DNA of 64,000 bases, taken from contig CAYXZW010000005.1 of NCBI GenBank assembly GCA_964469905.1, positions 36,330 through 100,329 on the forward strand, written 5' to 3'. Under the pieces are notes generated by a model. It did no database searches. It worked only from the letters and a program-made list of their open reading frames with translations, and had not been told where the DNA came from. This stretch comes from an uncultured Smithella sp. Lineage in GTDB: Bacteria > Desulfobacterota > Syntrophia > Syntrophales > Smithellaceae. Positions 7,708-17,751 of this stretch are shown one piece after another. How positions within the stretch are numbered: the stretch's first letter is position 1; every line of letters starts with the position of its first letter. A program made the position numbers and the translations under genes.

Positions 7708-9666
7708 ATGAAAACATTAGAGCATCTGCTGGCGCCAATTCGGATAAGAAATCTGGAAATTGCCAACCGGCTGGTTATGCCGGCGATGGGAACGATGCTC
7801 GGCAATGATGACAGCACCGTCAGCGAGGCGAACCTTGCCTATATTGACCGCCGGGCTGCCAGCGGCGCCGGTCTGATCATCAACGAGATCACGGAAGTTC
7901 ATCCCCTGGGCGCGGCCTCGCCGCGCTGCCTGGGAGTATGGGACGATAAGTTTATTCCGGGACTGACCAAATTTGCCGCTGTTGTGCATGCCCGGGGAAG
8001 CAAGATCGCCATGCAATTGCACCATACGGGCCGCGAAAACTTCCTGCTGCAGCGAAAAAAGAAGGCTGTCGGACCATCGGCGATACCCAGCCATATCTTC
8101 GGCTTCCTGGGTGCGCCGCGCGAGATGACTCTTGAAGATATCGAAGAAACCATCGCCGCTTTCGGCAGTGCGGCAGTGCGCGCCCGCAATGCCGGGTTTG
8201 ACGCCGTAGAACTCCACGGCGCCCACGGCTATCTGCTCATGCAGTTTCTGGCGGCTCATTCCAATCAGCGCACCGACAAATACGGTGGCGATTTCCGCGG
8301 ACGATCCCGCTTCATGCTCGATTGCCTGAAGGAGGTGCGCAAGCAGGTTGGACAGGATTACCCTATATCTATCAGGCTTTCCGGTGAGGAGTGCATTAAA
8401 GACGGTTATACCATCTCCGACATACAGACCATTATCCCCGATCTTGTGGAGGCCGGTGCGGACATCATCAATGTGTCCTTCGGCACTCATGGCAATCCGG
8501 AAGTGAACATCGATACCCCTAATCCCAGCGCTCCTGTGGAATACGGCCAGGGTTTCAAGGCGCACCTGGCCCGGAAAATAAAAGAAGTAACGGCCGTGCC
8601 CGTCATCTCCGTAGGACGCTATAATGATCCCTATTTGATGGATGAAGTAATCGCCAGGGGTGATGCCGATTTCATTGCTGTGGCCCGGCAGCATCTGGCC
8701 GACCCCGATTTTCTTCTGCACGCCCGCGCCGGACATCCCGAAAACACACTGGAATGTCTGGCCTGCAATCAGGGGTGTATTGAACGTCTGTCCCTGGAGG
8801 CGCTGCCGATTCGTTGCGCCATCAACCCGCAGACAGGTCAAGAACTGCTCTACCCGTCAGCCCCGGCGGCAACAAGCCGCAATGTCTGGGTTGTCGGTGG
8901 CGGACCTGCCGGTCTTACAGCGGCATTTGAGGCCGCACGCCTTGGACATCACGTAACCCTCTTCGAACAGGAAAAAGAAACAGGCGGTAATGTCCGTTAT
9001 GCCGCGAAGGCGCCGCACAAAGAAGTCTACAGTAAATATATCCGGACTCTCACGGAAAGTTGTCGCCGGAAAAACGTGAAAATAAAGGAAAACACCACAG
9101 TAACCGAAGACATGATCGAGAAAGATAAACCGGATGTCGTCATTCTCGCTACCGGAGCCGGCAAATCATCCTGCACCGCGGAGGGCATTAACTCAACGAT
9201 AGTTTGTGACGCCTGGCAAATTCTGGATGGCGAAGTTACACCCCAAAATAATGCAGTCATCATTGGCGGCGGCCTTGTGGGAATGGAAACGGCTGATTAC
9301 CTCTGCGAAAAGGGCATCAAAGATATTACCCTGGTGGAGATGCTGCCCACTTCACCCGTTCTGGCCTGGGCTGCCCACGGCTTCATGCTGCATCAGCGTC
9401 TGCGGGCAGCCGGAATCAAACTGCGGTTCGGCGCAACCGTAAAACTAATTACAGAAAGATCAGTGGTAGTAACGCAGAACGGTGAGGAGCAGAAAATCGA
9501 ACCAGTCGGCCAGGTTATTGTTGCCATCGGCGTGACACCCAGAAACGCACTCAAAGACCTGCTGGTAAAAAAAGGCATTCGCCATTTTATCGTCGGTGAT
9601 GCTGCAGCTCCCCGGCGCATTATCGAAGCGACAACAGAAGGAGCAAAAGCCGCCTGGGAGATTTGA
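7708..9666 (+). CDS. 2,4-dienoyl-CoA reductase-like NADH:flavin oxidoreductase (OYE domain + Fe-S + FAD/NAD(P) domain)
   Basis: 652 aa. It has an OYE-like N-terminal domain, a CLACNQGC cluster motif and a VVGGGPAGL Rossmann motif. A GAGGAG RBS precedes the ATG. Confidence 0.85.
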   Translation: MKTLEHLLAPIRIRNLEIANRLVMPAMGTMLGNDDSTVSEANLAYIDRRAASGAGLIINEITEVHPLGAASPRCLGVWDDKFIPGLTKFAAVVHARGSKIAMQLHHTGRENFLLQRKKKAVGPSAIPSHIFGFLGAPREMTLEDIEETIAAFGSAAVRARNAGFDAVELHGAHGYLLMQFLAAHSNQRTDKYGGDFRGRSRFMLDCLKEVRKQVGQDYPISIRLSGEECIKDGYTISDIQTIIPDLVEAGADIINVSFGTHGNPEVNIDTPNPSAPVEYGQGFKAHLARKIKEVTAVPVISVGRYNDPYLMDEVIARGDADFIAVARQHLADPDFLLHARAGHPENTLECLACNQGCIERLSLEALPIRCAINPQTGQELLYPSAPAATSRNVWVVGGGPAGLTAAFEAARLGHHVTLFEQEKETGGNVRYAAKAPHKEVYSKYIRTLTESCRRKNVKIKENTTVTEDMIEKDKPDVVILATGAGKSSCTAEGINSTIVCDAWQILDGEVTPQNNAVIIGGGLVGMETADYLCEKGIKDITLVEMLPTSPVLAWAAHGFMLHQRLRAAGIKLRFGATVKLITERSVVVTQNGEEQKIEPVGQVIVAIGVTPRNALKDLLVKKGIRHFIVGDAAAPRRIIEATTEGAKAAWEI

Positions 9667-9896
9667 TGCCCAAACGGGCGAACATCCTGTTGTTTTGCGT
9701 TGCAATTATTTATTCGGGTCTTGCATCCCTGATTCTATGTCCGGGAAATAAAACGGATCTCTTTTAAGCAAAACGGGATTGTTTTTTGCCTCATTGTATC
9801 AGCCCAATCACCTGATAAATTTATGAACTCCAACTATTGACAACAAGTTATTTTCTGGATAATACCCAATCATTAATCATCGAAAGGAGACCATAA

Positions 9897-10256
9897 ATGA
9901 AAAAAACATTGACGAAAATTTTTATTATTGCCGCCACTCTAATTTTTGTAAGCACAATTGGATTTGCCGCAGACACAAAAGATGCAGCTAAAAATGTTCC
10001 GCAGGCCAAATCAGCAGTTGAAAAACAGGCGCCCGCCAAACCGGAGGCCAAGAAAGAACTTGTTGACCTGAACACAGCCACAATAGCCCAACTAAAAGCC
10101 ATTCCCGGCATCGGCGACACTTATGCCCAGAAGATTATTGATGGACGACCTTATGCCAAGAAAGATCAAATGAAAACAAAGAAAATTCTGCCTGATGCTG
10201 TCTATGACAAAATCAAAGATATGATTATTGCCAAGCAGGAACCCAAGAAAAAATAA
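9897..10256 (+). CDS. ComEA-like secreted helix-hairpin-helix DNA-binding protein
   Basis: 119 aa with a signal peptide, then LNTATIAQLKAIPGIGDTYAQKIIDGRPY (HhH motif). Confidence 0.75.
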   Translation: MKKTLTKIFIIAATLIFVSTIGFAADTKDAAKNVPQAKSAVEKQAPAKPEAKKELVDLNTATIAQLKAIPGIGDTYAQKIIDGRPYAKKDQMKTKKILPDAVYDKIKDMIIAKQEPKKK

Positions 10257-10275
10257 TATTACCGCAGATCAGCCA

Positions 10276-10312
10276 GAAACCCCGGAATAATCCGCCGGGG
10301 TTTCTCTTTTTT
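10276..10312 (+). terminator. Rho-independent terminator after the comEA-like gene
   Basis: Stem GAAACCCCGG / CCGGGGTTTC with a 9-nt loop, followed by TCTTTTTT. Confidence 0.8.
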
Positions 10313-10371
10313 ATTCCGTAATGATAACGCAATCAACCCTGAAAGACTGTTAGCAAATAACGAGAAAGAGG

Positions 10372-10791
10372 CTACTTTATAGCCTTTTGACCGCTGCCCG
10401 TCATGCTGAGTGCGCAGTGCCGGACACCTTTGATGGCCTTCAGGGAATCGGCCAGTTTTATGACCTTCTTCACACGCCCTTTGACCGCAATAATCTCCAG
10501 ACAATGATGGTGATCGAGGTGAATATGTTGAGTAGAGATGATCACCTCCTGGCTGTCGTGCTGGATATCGGTAATCTTACTCAACAGCTCTCTCGTGTGG
10601 TGATCGTAGATGAAGGTAATGGCGCCGGCAACCTCCCCACCCACCTCCCAATCCTGCTTGAGCAGTTCCTGGCGAATCATGTCCCGAATCGCCTCCGAGC
10701 GGTTGGTATATTTCCGGCTGTGAATCAGGTCGTCAAAGCTTTCCAGAAGCTCTTTTTCCAGCGATACCCCAAAGCGAACCAGTTCCGACAT
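10372..10791 (-). CDS. nikR: Nickel-responsive regulator NikR
   Basis: 139 aa. It has a ribbon-helix-helix N-terminus (RFGVSLEKELLESFD...RSEAIRD) and a His-rich C-terminal metal site (HIHLDHHHCLE). Confidence 0.9.
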   Translation of the reverse strand: MSELVRFGVSLEKELLESFDDLIHSRKYTNRSEAIRDMIRQELLKQDWEVGGEVAGAITFIYDHHTRELLSKITDIQHDSQEVIISTQHIHLDHHHCLEIIAVKGRVKKVIKLADSLKAIKGVRHCALSMTGSGQKAIK

Positions 10792-10812
10792 GTAAACTCA
10801 CCCTCCCTTTAC

Positions 10813-10840
10813 TTGCTACATATATTTTAAGATTTAACAC
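10813..10840. promoter_or_regulatory. Candidate NikR operator TTGCTAC-N14-TTAACAC upstream of nikR
   Basis: It lies 22-50 nt upstream of the nikR ATG and shares TGCTAC...TAACAC with the site at 3123-3149. Confidence 0.5.
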
Positions 10841-11055
10841 CAGATGGCGGTTTCTGTCAATGTCCGGCGCTCCAATGTCCAAAGCGCAGGAACAATTGCC
10901 CGGAAATATATTTTAACGGTGCAAGGATGTAATCGGCTTAAAATGACTTTATATATTCTAGAGAGAAATAATGATAAATTGCTCATAAAGATTATAGACA
11001 ATAACCTGTTATTAATATATTTGTACAATCTTCAAGACACTTCTTAGTTCATAAG

Positions 11056-11859
11056 GTGAGGTGCAATTTGACAACATTTCAGGCGATAGTATTAGGATTG
11101 GTTCAAGGTTTGGGAGAGTTTCTGCCCATATCCAGTTCGGCACATTTGATATTGGTCCCCTGGCTTTTCCAATGGGAAGATCCGGGACTTACTTTTGACA
11201 TCGCCCTGCATTTCGGCACATTGATCGCCGTAGCAATATATTTCTGGCGAGACTGGCTGCGACTATTATCGAAGGGATTCACCGATACAAAAAGCACCGA
11301 CGGGCGTTTGTTCTGGTATCTCGTGTTGGCCACCATTCCCGGGGCGGCAATCGGCCTGGCGCTGGAGAAACATGCCGAAACAACTTTCCGCGATCCTCTG
11401 CTTATCGCCGTCATGCTGATTTTACTGGGTATTATTTTGTATTGGGCTGATCGGAAAAGTGCCAAGAATATTGATGTAAAAAATATAACACTGAAAACAA
11501 GTTTTTTAATTGGCCTGTCACAGGCGCTGGCGATAATTCCCGGAGTTTCGCGCTCCGGAATTACAATGACCACGGGCTTGTTGCTGGGCTTGACCCGCGA
11601 AGGCGCCGCACGCTTTTCGTTCTTGCTTTCGGCGCCCATTATTTTCGGCGCTGCGGCCGTTAAGCTGCCTTACCTTATTGCCCATCCCTCTCAGATCACA
11701 GGCAACTTCGTTATCGGTATGGTGGTTTCTTTTGTTACGGGAATAGCAAGCATAGGATTTCTCCTGCGCTATGTGCAGACCAAAACTTTTCTGCCCTTTG
11801 CCTGGTATAGATTTATCCTGGGCGCTGTGGTTATTGTCGCAGCCTTATTTTATCCTTAA
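11056..11859 (+). CDS. uppP: Undecaprenyl-diphosphate phosphatase
   Basis: 267 aa with GLGEFLPISSSAHL and PGVSRSG motifs. The track start is GTG 11056. TTG 11068 (MTTFQAIVLG...) sits better behind the AAGGTGAGG RBS. Confidence 0.9.
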   Translation: MRCNLTTFQAIVLGLVQGLGEFLPISSSAHLILVPWLFQWEDPGLTFDIALHFGTLIAVAIYFWRDWLRLLSKGFTDTKSTDGRLFWYLVLATIPGAAIGLALEKHAETTFRDPLLIAVMLILLGIILYWADRKSAKNIDVKNITLKTSFLIGLSQALAIIPGVSRSGITMTTGLLLGLTREGAARFSFLLSAPIIFGAAAVKLPYLIAHPSQITGNFVIGMVVSFVTGIASIGFLLRYVQTKTFLPFAWYRFILGAVVIVAALFYP

Positions 11860-11967
11860 GCATACCACCTTTCAATCCCGGCAATAATTTCTATTCTTTG
11901 ATATTTCTTGACAGAGCCAAATGTTTAGAGTTAGTCATTTTAACTTTAAAAACGGGCAGTCACGATT

Positions 11968-12579
11968 ATGCCCATAAGGGATAAGTCTATAAATATGAAA
12001 ACAGGCGAGAAAAAAATAGCAACTCCGGCAAAAAAAACGGCCAGCCGAAACAAGCAGCAGAAGCAAGGCTTAGTGATCGTTATCACCGGAAACGGCAAGG
12101 GCAAAACGACCTCTGCTTTCGGTCAGGCTCTGCGCGCCATCGGCCAGGGATATAAGGTTTTGGTCGTGCAGTTTATGAAAGGGAGAAAATACGGTGAATT
12201 TAAAGCCGCAAAAGATCATCTTCCTAATTTAACTATTCGGTTGTCCGGTTTAGACAGTTTTGTTATGCGCGACAACCCCGCACCCATTGATATTGAACTG
12301 GCACAAAAAGGGTTTGCCTATGCCCGGAAGGCCATTGAATCAGGCAAATATGACATGATTATTCTCGATGAAATCAATGTAGCGCTGGATTTTAAACTTC
12401 TTGATTTAAAAGAAATTATCGAAGTAATTAAGAATAAACCCGCCGGCGTTGATCTGATCTTGACCGGCCGTTATGCTCCACAGCAAATAATTAAACTTGC
12501 CGATACCGTCAGCGAAATAAAAGAAATTAAACATCATTACTCGGCAGGAATCAAAGACCGCGCCGGCATTGAATACTAG
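11968..12579 (+). CDS. cobO: Cob(I)yrinic acid a,c-diamide (corrinoid) adenosyltransferase
   Basis: 203 aa with P-loop GNGKGKTTSAFG, then VVQFMKG...DEI, typical of CobO/BtuR. The start may instead be ATG 11995. Confidence 0.85.
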   Translation: MPIRDKSINMKTGEKKIATPAKKTASRNKQQKQGLVIVITGNGKGKTTSAFGQALRAIGQGYKVLVVQFMKGRKYGEFKAAKDHLPNLTIRLSGLDSFVMRDNPAPIDIELAQKGFAYARKAIESGKYDMIILDEINVALDFKLLDLKEIIEVIKNKPAGVDLILTGRYAPQQIIKLADTVSEIKEIKHHYSAGIKDRAGIEY

Positions 12580-12582
12580 CGT

Positions 12583-12760
12583 AGCGCATCGATGAAACCA
12601 TGTCAGAACAACAGAGTGTGTCACCATAGAGCCCTTCGCTGCACTCAAGGGCAGGCTTCGCGAAGGGTCCGGGGTCACAAGATTCTTCGTCTCAAGGATC
12701 AGAGATTCTTCGGCTGCCGCATCCGAATGAAATTGCGACACAGCCGCCACTTGCCAACCA
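12583..12760. repeat. REP-like composite intergenic sequence (uncertain family)
   Basis: It contains the hairpin GCCCTTCG...CGAAGGGT and the direct repeat AGATTCTTCG x2. It shares the 11-mer AGCGTAGCGCA with the block at 25440-25600. The ORFs here have no coding character. Confidence 0.3.
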
Positions 12761-12922
12761 TTCCATTTTGCTTGCTAAATATTGATTATGGAAACAACTT
12801 TTTTGTTGACAATCAGAGTAACTTGGAGCATAAAAATCATCATTAATTAATTTTTTTCAGTAATTTATTGCCACTCGATGATAAATTTATTTTTACTATT
12901 TACTTTCCCGGCGGAGGCTGCG

Positions 12923-14521
12923 ATGAAAAAAGTTGTTTTAATAATCAGTGTTTTTCTTTTATCGTTTATCTTGAGTTCTGCGGCTTTTTGCCAAACCCAA
13001 AATCCCCTCCTGGAAGAAGGCATCAAACAATACCAGTCGGAAAATTATGAAGAAGCCATCGATATCCTGGAAAAGGTAAGAGAGCAGGATCCAAAATCTT
13101 CCCTGGCAGCCTTTTTTCTGGGGATGGCCTACAAACAAACAATGACTTACGACAAAGCCGCCGCCAATCTGGAAGATGCTTTAAAACTCAAACCCGCCGT
13201 AAAAGAAGCCCTGGTGGAATGTGTCAATGTACTTTTTCAATTAAACAAATTACAGGAAGCAAAGAAATGGATCAAAGTAGCGCAGGAACAAAACATTGAT
13301 CCCGCCAATATTACTTTTTTAGAGGGAATGGTTTTATCGCGCGAAAGAAAGTATACAGAGGCTGTCGCCGCATTTGAAAAAGCAAAATCACTGGATCAGA
13401 GTTTAGCCCAGACCGTGGACTACCAGATTGGTCTGTGTTACATGAACAGCAGAAAATATAAAAATGCCCAGGAACGTTTTAAGGCAACAGCATCCTTTGA
13501 TCCCAAATCCGATCTGGCCGCCTACGCCCGCCAGTATCTGGAAGCAGTGGAAAACACGATTTTTTATACCCGGCCGGTACGTATTACTATCGGTCTTTCC
13601 GGTGCCTATGATGACAATCTGACCTCCAAGCCCCGCCTGCAAAGCGTGGCCGGTTCTAACGACAGTCCCGGAAGCAATGTTTTCTCTCCTACTTTAAGAA
13701 TTGAATATGCGCCCCTTTTTGACGGCCCCTGGCTTTTTAACGCCCACTATGCAGCAATGGGTAGTTTCAATGAACGTTACGTTCACACCCGTGATTCCAT
13801 CGTCAATACTTTTTCCGTCATCCCGGGCTATAATTTCGGCCGGTTTTCCTTAAGTATGCTGGGCAGTTATACCTACAGCTCCCTGCGGACGGATTCCGAT
13901 GTTACGCCGGACGGCAACGCCGGCTATAAACGTTATCAGGATTATTACACCTTCGGGCCGATTGTAAAAATTATGCTATCGGAAAAGCAGATTCTGGAAA
14001 CATTTGTCGGCTATGACAAGAAAAATTATTATAATCAAGTAATTACATCTACAGCACAATTTGCCGACAACCTGCGTGACGCCGAGGGATTCCGGGCTTA
14101 TTTAAGCTGGGCCTGGTTTTTTAGCAACAATGCTTTTATTAATTTACGTTATGAAGCGGCCCGGGAAGCAACCAACGGTAGTTATTGGGACAACAGCTTA
14201 AACCGTCTATCCGCCAGTATGGTTTTACCGGTTTTGTCGGATGATCTGGTTCAGAAAATCGGTTTCATGTACGTGCAACTTACGGGTGGCTTCACCGCGC
14301 AGGATTACACTTACCCGCAGCCATACACTGCTTTCGATGGATCGGCAAGATCAGGCCGCAGAGAAGACAGAATGTATAACGGCTCTGTCGGCTTAAACTG
14401 GGACATATCGAAAAACTGGACATGCACTCTGCAATATGCACGTATCATTTCAGACTCCAATATTCCTGTTTATGAATATACCAAAAATCTTTACACAATG
14501 GGAGTGGAGTTTAAGTTTTAG
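12923..14521 (+). CDS. Outer-membrane protein: N-terminal TPR domain + C-terminal beta-barrel (Slam/DUF560-like architecture)
   Basis: The track ORF starts at 12878, but ATG 12923 follows a GGAGGC RBS and gives the signal peptide MKKVVLIISVFLLSFILSSAAFC. About 200 aa of TPR-like repeats follow, then a strand-rich region ending YTMGVEFKF. Confidence 0.6.
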   Translation: MKKVVLIISVFLLSFILSSAAFCQTQNPLLEEGIKQYQSENYEEAIDILEKVREQDPKSSLAAFFLGMAYKQTMTYDKAAANLEDALKLKPAVKEALVECVNVLFQLNKLQEAKKWIKVAQEQNIDPANITFLEGMVLSRERKYTEAVAAFEKAKSLDQSLAQTVDYQIGLCYMNSRKYKNAQERFKATASFDPKSDLAAYARQYLEAVENTIFYTRPVRITIGLSGAYDDNLTSKPRLQSVAGSNDSPGSNVFSPTLRIEYAPLFDGPWLFNAHYAAMGSFNERYVHTRDSIVNTFSVIPGYNFGRFSLSMLGSYTYSSLRTDSDVTPDGNAGYKRYQDYYTFGPIVKIMLSEKQILETFVGYDKKNYYNQVITSTAQFADNLRDAEGFRAYLSWAWFFSNNAFINLRYEAAREATNGSYWDNSLNRLSASMVLPVLSDDLVQKIGFMYVQLTGGFTAQDYTYPQPYTAFDGSARSGRREDRMYNGSVGLNWDISKNWTCTLQYARIISDSNIPVYEYTKNLYTMGVEFKF

Positions 14522-14573
14522 ACAGTTGGGGACGACAATAAATTAAGATACAATTTTTCTGGGGAGACAAAGT

Positions 14574-17500
14574 ATGAAAAGACAACCCTTGATTAAAGCA
14601 AAACATTACATCGCAGCATTGTTAGCCCTATTGCTGCTGATTCCCTGGGCAGCACTGGCGGCGCCGGTGGGTAAAATTACCAATATTGCCGGCAATGTGG
14701 ATATTACGGTCAAGGGAAAAGCCGCCCGTAGCGTTAATCTGGGCGATGCTGTTAATGTCGGCGACTTTATCCGCACCAAGAGCAAATCCAGAGTGGAAAT
14801 AACTTTTAAGGAAGACAATGTATTGCGACTGGCGGAAAACAGCCGGGTGGGCATCACGGAATACATGTCCGGCGAAAAACAGAATTCCAGCGTCTTCAAT
14901 CTTTTTCGGGGGAAAATACAAAACATAGTTAAATCCGTCGGCATACCCGGCGGCCGCTACGAAGTCCACACACCGACATCTGTCTGCGGTGTCCGCGGCA
15001 CCCATTTCTTTAACTTTTATCTGGCCGGTGCGTCCGGATCAATATTCTCGGAAGGTTCCGGCTACGGTTACAGCAAGAACAATCCCGGTGATGTTAAATC
15101 GATAGCTGCCGGTCAGGGCATGTTTGTACCCAGTGCGACACTGGGTGCACAATTAAGAGCTGTTACTAACAAGCAGATCGATGAAATGAAGAATGCCACG
15201 GAAATATCGGGAGGCTCCGGTGATTCCGGCGGTGGTTCCGGCGGCTCTGGTTCTTCGGGCGGTTCGGGCGGTTCCGGCGGCACTGGTGATCTCGCTGGTG
15301 GAGGCGACCAACCTCCTCCACCGCCACCGCCGCCTACAAATCCACCGGTGACGCCGCCGGTAATAGTGATACCGCCGGTTGTAAATACAGCTGCGCTGAA
15401 TCTAACCATAACACCAGCCGGCAATTTTACTCATAAAATTGATGAAGGCGGCACAATCACCGGCACAACAACGGACAACACCGTTTATACTCTCACCTTA
15501 GCGGGAGGACAATCCCCCAGCGGCAGTGGCTATGATTATCCGGGGGCGGCATTAATCGACGGTACAATCGCATCCGGAACTGCCGTGAGCTCAGGAGTGT
15601 CCGGCTATATGATGGGTCTTCCCAATGCTTATGTTTCAGCCACCAGTGCCAGCGCGCTCCTCTCCGCAATTTACGTCAACAGCGACGGGGGGGCAGGCTT
15701 TTTGCTGGGCACCGGCTCCGCCAACATTTATCCCACTACCTTTAGCGGCGCCGGCGTCGCCGTTAAATATACTGCATTTGCCTCAACATCTCTCACACCT
15801 TCCACGCTGGCGGCGAACATTGTTGTCGATACCGGTGCCCCGCTATTGGGCGATGTCTATTTGACTCCGAATTATGTATATCTAGGTTGCACCACCGGCG
15901 GTTGCCAACAAAATAGTCAGAGCGAATCCCGACGCATTGCCGTTAACGGAGGCGGTGTAATCGGCGTTTGGGGCAGCTATGGCATCAACGGTACTTATTA
16001 CAACAGCGGCGTCACCAGTTTTACCAATAAACAGGTAATATATTACGATTCAGTCAAAAAAATAGTGCGTTACAGCACAAACTATTCCGGTGCGGTGTCC
16101 GGGCAAGACGTAAGCATCAGCGGCGACTTCCTCGAAATGAGCACTCTTTTCAAAGGCAATTCGACGCTGAATCATTTTGGCTATTACGCCGGCGCCACAT
16201 ATACATCCATCAGCAGCGGCACTTTCAATCTTTTACCGATGGCTTTTGCCAACGTGATTGAAGACTCACTGAGCGACTTCGGCGGCGGCGTTATGGGATC
16301 AACAGCCAGCCTCTGGACCAACGCCTCTGTTACTACAACCATAATGGGGTCAATTTCCGCCCCCTGTTTCGGCGGTGGTTGCGTTTCCCCCCTCAGCAAT
16401 TATAATGTTCGTTCCGGCCCCTGGCAGAGTTATAATTACCGTGCCGGTTCCGGCTACTTAACCAATGACTCCGGAGGCGCCTATAAAGGTTATGCCAATG
16501 CCCAGTTGCTGATGCTCTCCCCCTACACGTTCAGTACGGATGCCCTCGCTCTCTATGCGGACGCATCCGGCAATATCGGCATTTTGCGGGGCAATATTCC
16601 CGGCGATTTCTATCAGTATGCCGGCGGCTATAAAGCCGAAGGCGTTTTAAACCGCATTGAAATCGGAACAGGTACAGCAATAGTGGCAAGTACCTTTGTT
16701 TCTTCCGGAACCAACAGCGGCGCATATGAGTTAAACATCTCCGGAGGAACGTATGCTAATTTGCTCAGCGGGGGACCGACATTAACCATAAATAATCATA
16801 AAACCGGATTAAATTCTCAATGGATTGGTTTCAAGGATTACACCACTCTCGGAGTAGGTAAGAACGTTTTGTCGGGCACTTACGATACTGCGTACAGCCC
16901 CCTGGGGGATGCTGTTTTCAGTTATTATCGCCAGTTAGTAGGCGCAGGAGGAGGCGCGGCGGACATTGCAGCATCAGAGAGCTTTGTCTATACACAAATT
17001 AATGCCTCTAGCGCTTGGACGGCAGCACTGGGTGGCTATTTCCAGGGCGATATAGCCGGCGCCGCCACTAATTGGCTATCGGCATCAACTTCTGTTTTCG
17101 GCGGGGCAGTGAAGGGTGTCTTCAGTCCGTCCGCCGCCGGTACCTGGCAGGCAACCGCTCTGAGCACGATAATCGAAACAGCAAAATTCATCGATATGGC
17201 CTCCACAGCCGCAGGGCGGGCCAGTCTGGCCGCTTTAAACATTCCTTATGTGAATGTGGCCTCGGCGGATTTAAGCGGTTCCCGCTTTACCCAAACAGGT
17301 GATTCCTTGAGCGTGAACATGACGGGCGTAAAATTCTATGCCTATTCCACCGGCGAGGTGCCGAAAATCTTTGCTACCGGAAATGTTACGGGAAATTACG
17401 ATGCAATTACCCTCTCCTCCCCCCCCTTACCCGGAGCCGTAACTTTGACAAGCAGTAACAAAACAAACTTGTCGAGCTTGTCCGCTACATTCACGCCCAA

Positions 17501-17684
17501 GGTTTGGGATACAGGTACCGGAAAATGGGCGGCAACAGTATCAGGTTCAGGTGCGCTTACATCTCCGTCAACCGGTATTTTAATCAATGGTGGCGCCGCT
17601 GGTTTACTTAACGGCGGCAGTGGAGGCAGTTCCGGCTCCTATACAGGTACTGCATCCGGAACAGTAAGGCCGGGGGCAATTTAG
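14574..17684 (+). CDS. Large secreted protein: FecR-like N-terminal domain, Gly/Ser linker, poly-Pro tract, ~770-aa G/S/T/A/Y-rich region
   Basis: 1036 aa. It has a signal peptide (...PWAALA-APVGK) and a FecR-like block (GKITNIAGNVDITVKGK...GDFIRTKSKSRVEITF...). The linker and PPPPPPPP tract occupy nt 15210-15380. No C-terminal sorting motif was recognised. Confidence 0.6.
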   Translation: MKRQPLIKAKHYIAALLALLLLIPWAALAAPVGKITNIAGNVDITVKGKAARSVNLGDAVNVGDFIRTKSKSRVEITFKEDNVLRLAENSRVGITEYMSGEKQNSSVFNLFRGKIQNIVKSVGIPGGRYEVHTPTSVCGVRGTHFFNFYLAGASGSIFSEGSGYGYSKNNPGDVKSIAAGQGMFVPSATLGAQLRAVTNKQIDEMKNATEISGGSGDSGGGSGGSGSSGGSGGSGGTGDLAGGGDQPPPPPPPPTNPPVTPPVIVIPPVVNTAALNLTITPAGNFTHKIDEGGTITGTTTDNTVYTLTLAGGQSPSGSGYDYPGAALIDGTIASGTAVSSGVSGYMMGLPNAYVSATSASALLSAIYVNSDGGAGFLLGTGSANIYPTTFSGAGVAVKYTAFASTSLTPSTLAANIVVDTGAPLLGDVYLTPNYVYLGCTTGGCQQNSQSESRRIAVNGGGVIGVWGSYGINGTYYNSGVTSFTNKQVIYYDSVKKIVRYSTNYSGAVSGQDVSISGDFLEMSTLFKGNSTLNHFGYYAGATYTSISSGTFNLLPMAFANVIEDSLSDFGGGVMGSTASLWTNASVTTTIMGSISAPCFGGGCVSPLSNYNVRSGPWQSYNYRAGSGYLTNDSGGAYKGYANAQLLMLSPYTFSTDALALYADASGNIGILRGNIPGDFYQYAGGYKAEGVLNRIEIGTGTAIVASTFVSSGTNSGAYELNISGGTYANLLSGGPTLTINNHKTGLNSQWIGFKDYTTLGVGKNVLSGTYDTAYSPLGDAVFSYYRQLVGAGGGAADIAASESFVYTQINASSAWTAALGGYFQGDIAGAATNWLSASTSVFGGAVKGVFSPSAAGTWQATALSTIIETAKFIDMASTAAGRASLAALNIPYVNVASADLSGSRFTQTGDSLSVNMTGVKFYAYSTGEVPKIFATGNVTGNYDAITLSSPPLPGAVTLTSSNKTNLSSLSATFTPKVWDTGTGKWAATVSGSGALTSPSTGILINGGAAGLLNGGSGGSSGSYTGTASGTVRPGAI

Positions 17685-17710
17685 AACTTCTTATATCTGC
17701 CACTTAACGC

Positions 17711-17746
17711 AAGAAGGCGCGTTTCCTAACGCGCCTTCTTTGTTTG
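17711..17746 (+). terminator. Rho-independent terminator after the 1036-aa gene
   Basis: Stem AAGAAGGCGCG / CGCGCCTTCTT with loop TTTCCTAA, followed by TGTTTG. Confidence 0.7.
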
Positions 17747-17751
17747 ATGTC

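Noticed and set aside
7717-8841. 374-aa minus-strand ORF inside the dienoyl-CoA-reductase-like gene.
   Set aside because: It lies fully antisense to a CDS with clear domain motifs. Its Arg/Gly/Ala-rich composition is typical of a shadow ORF in GC-richer coding DNA, and it has no RBS.
15210-15380. Repetitive GGC/GGT/TCC and CCN tract, considered as a possible non-coding tandem repeat or phase-variable tract.
   Set aside because: It is in frame within the 1036-aa ORF and encodes a Gly/Ser linker plus a poly-Pro tract. The units are imperfect, so slipped-strand switching is unlikely.
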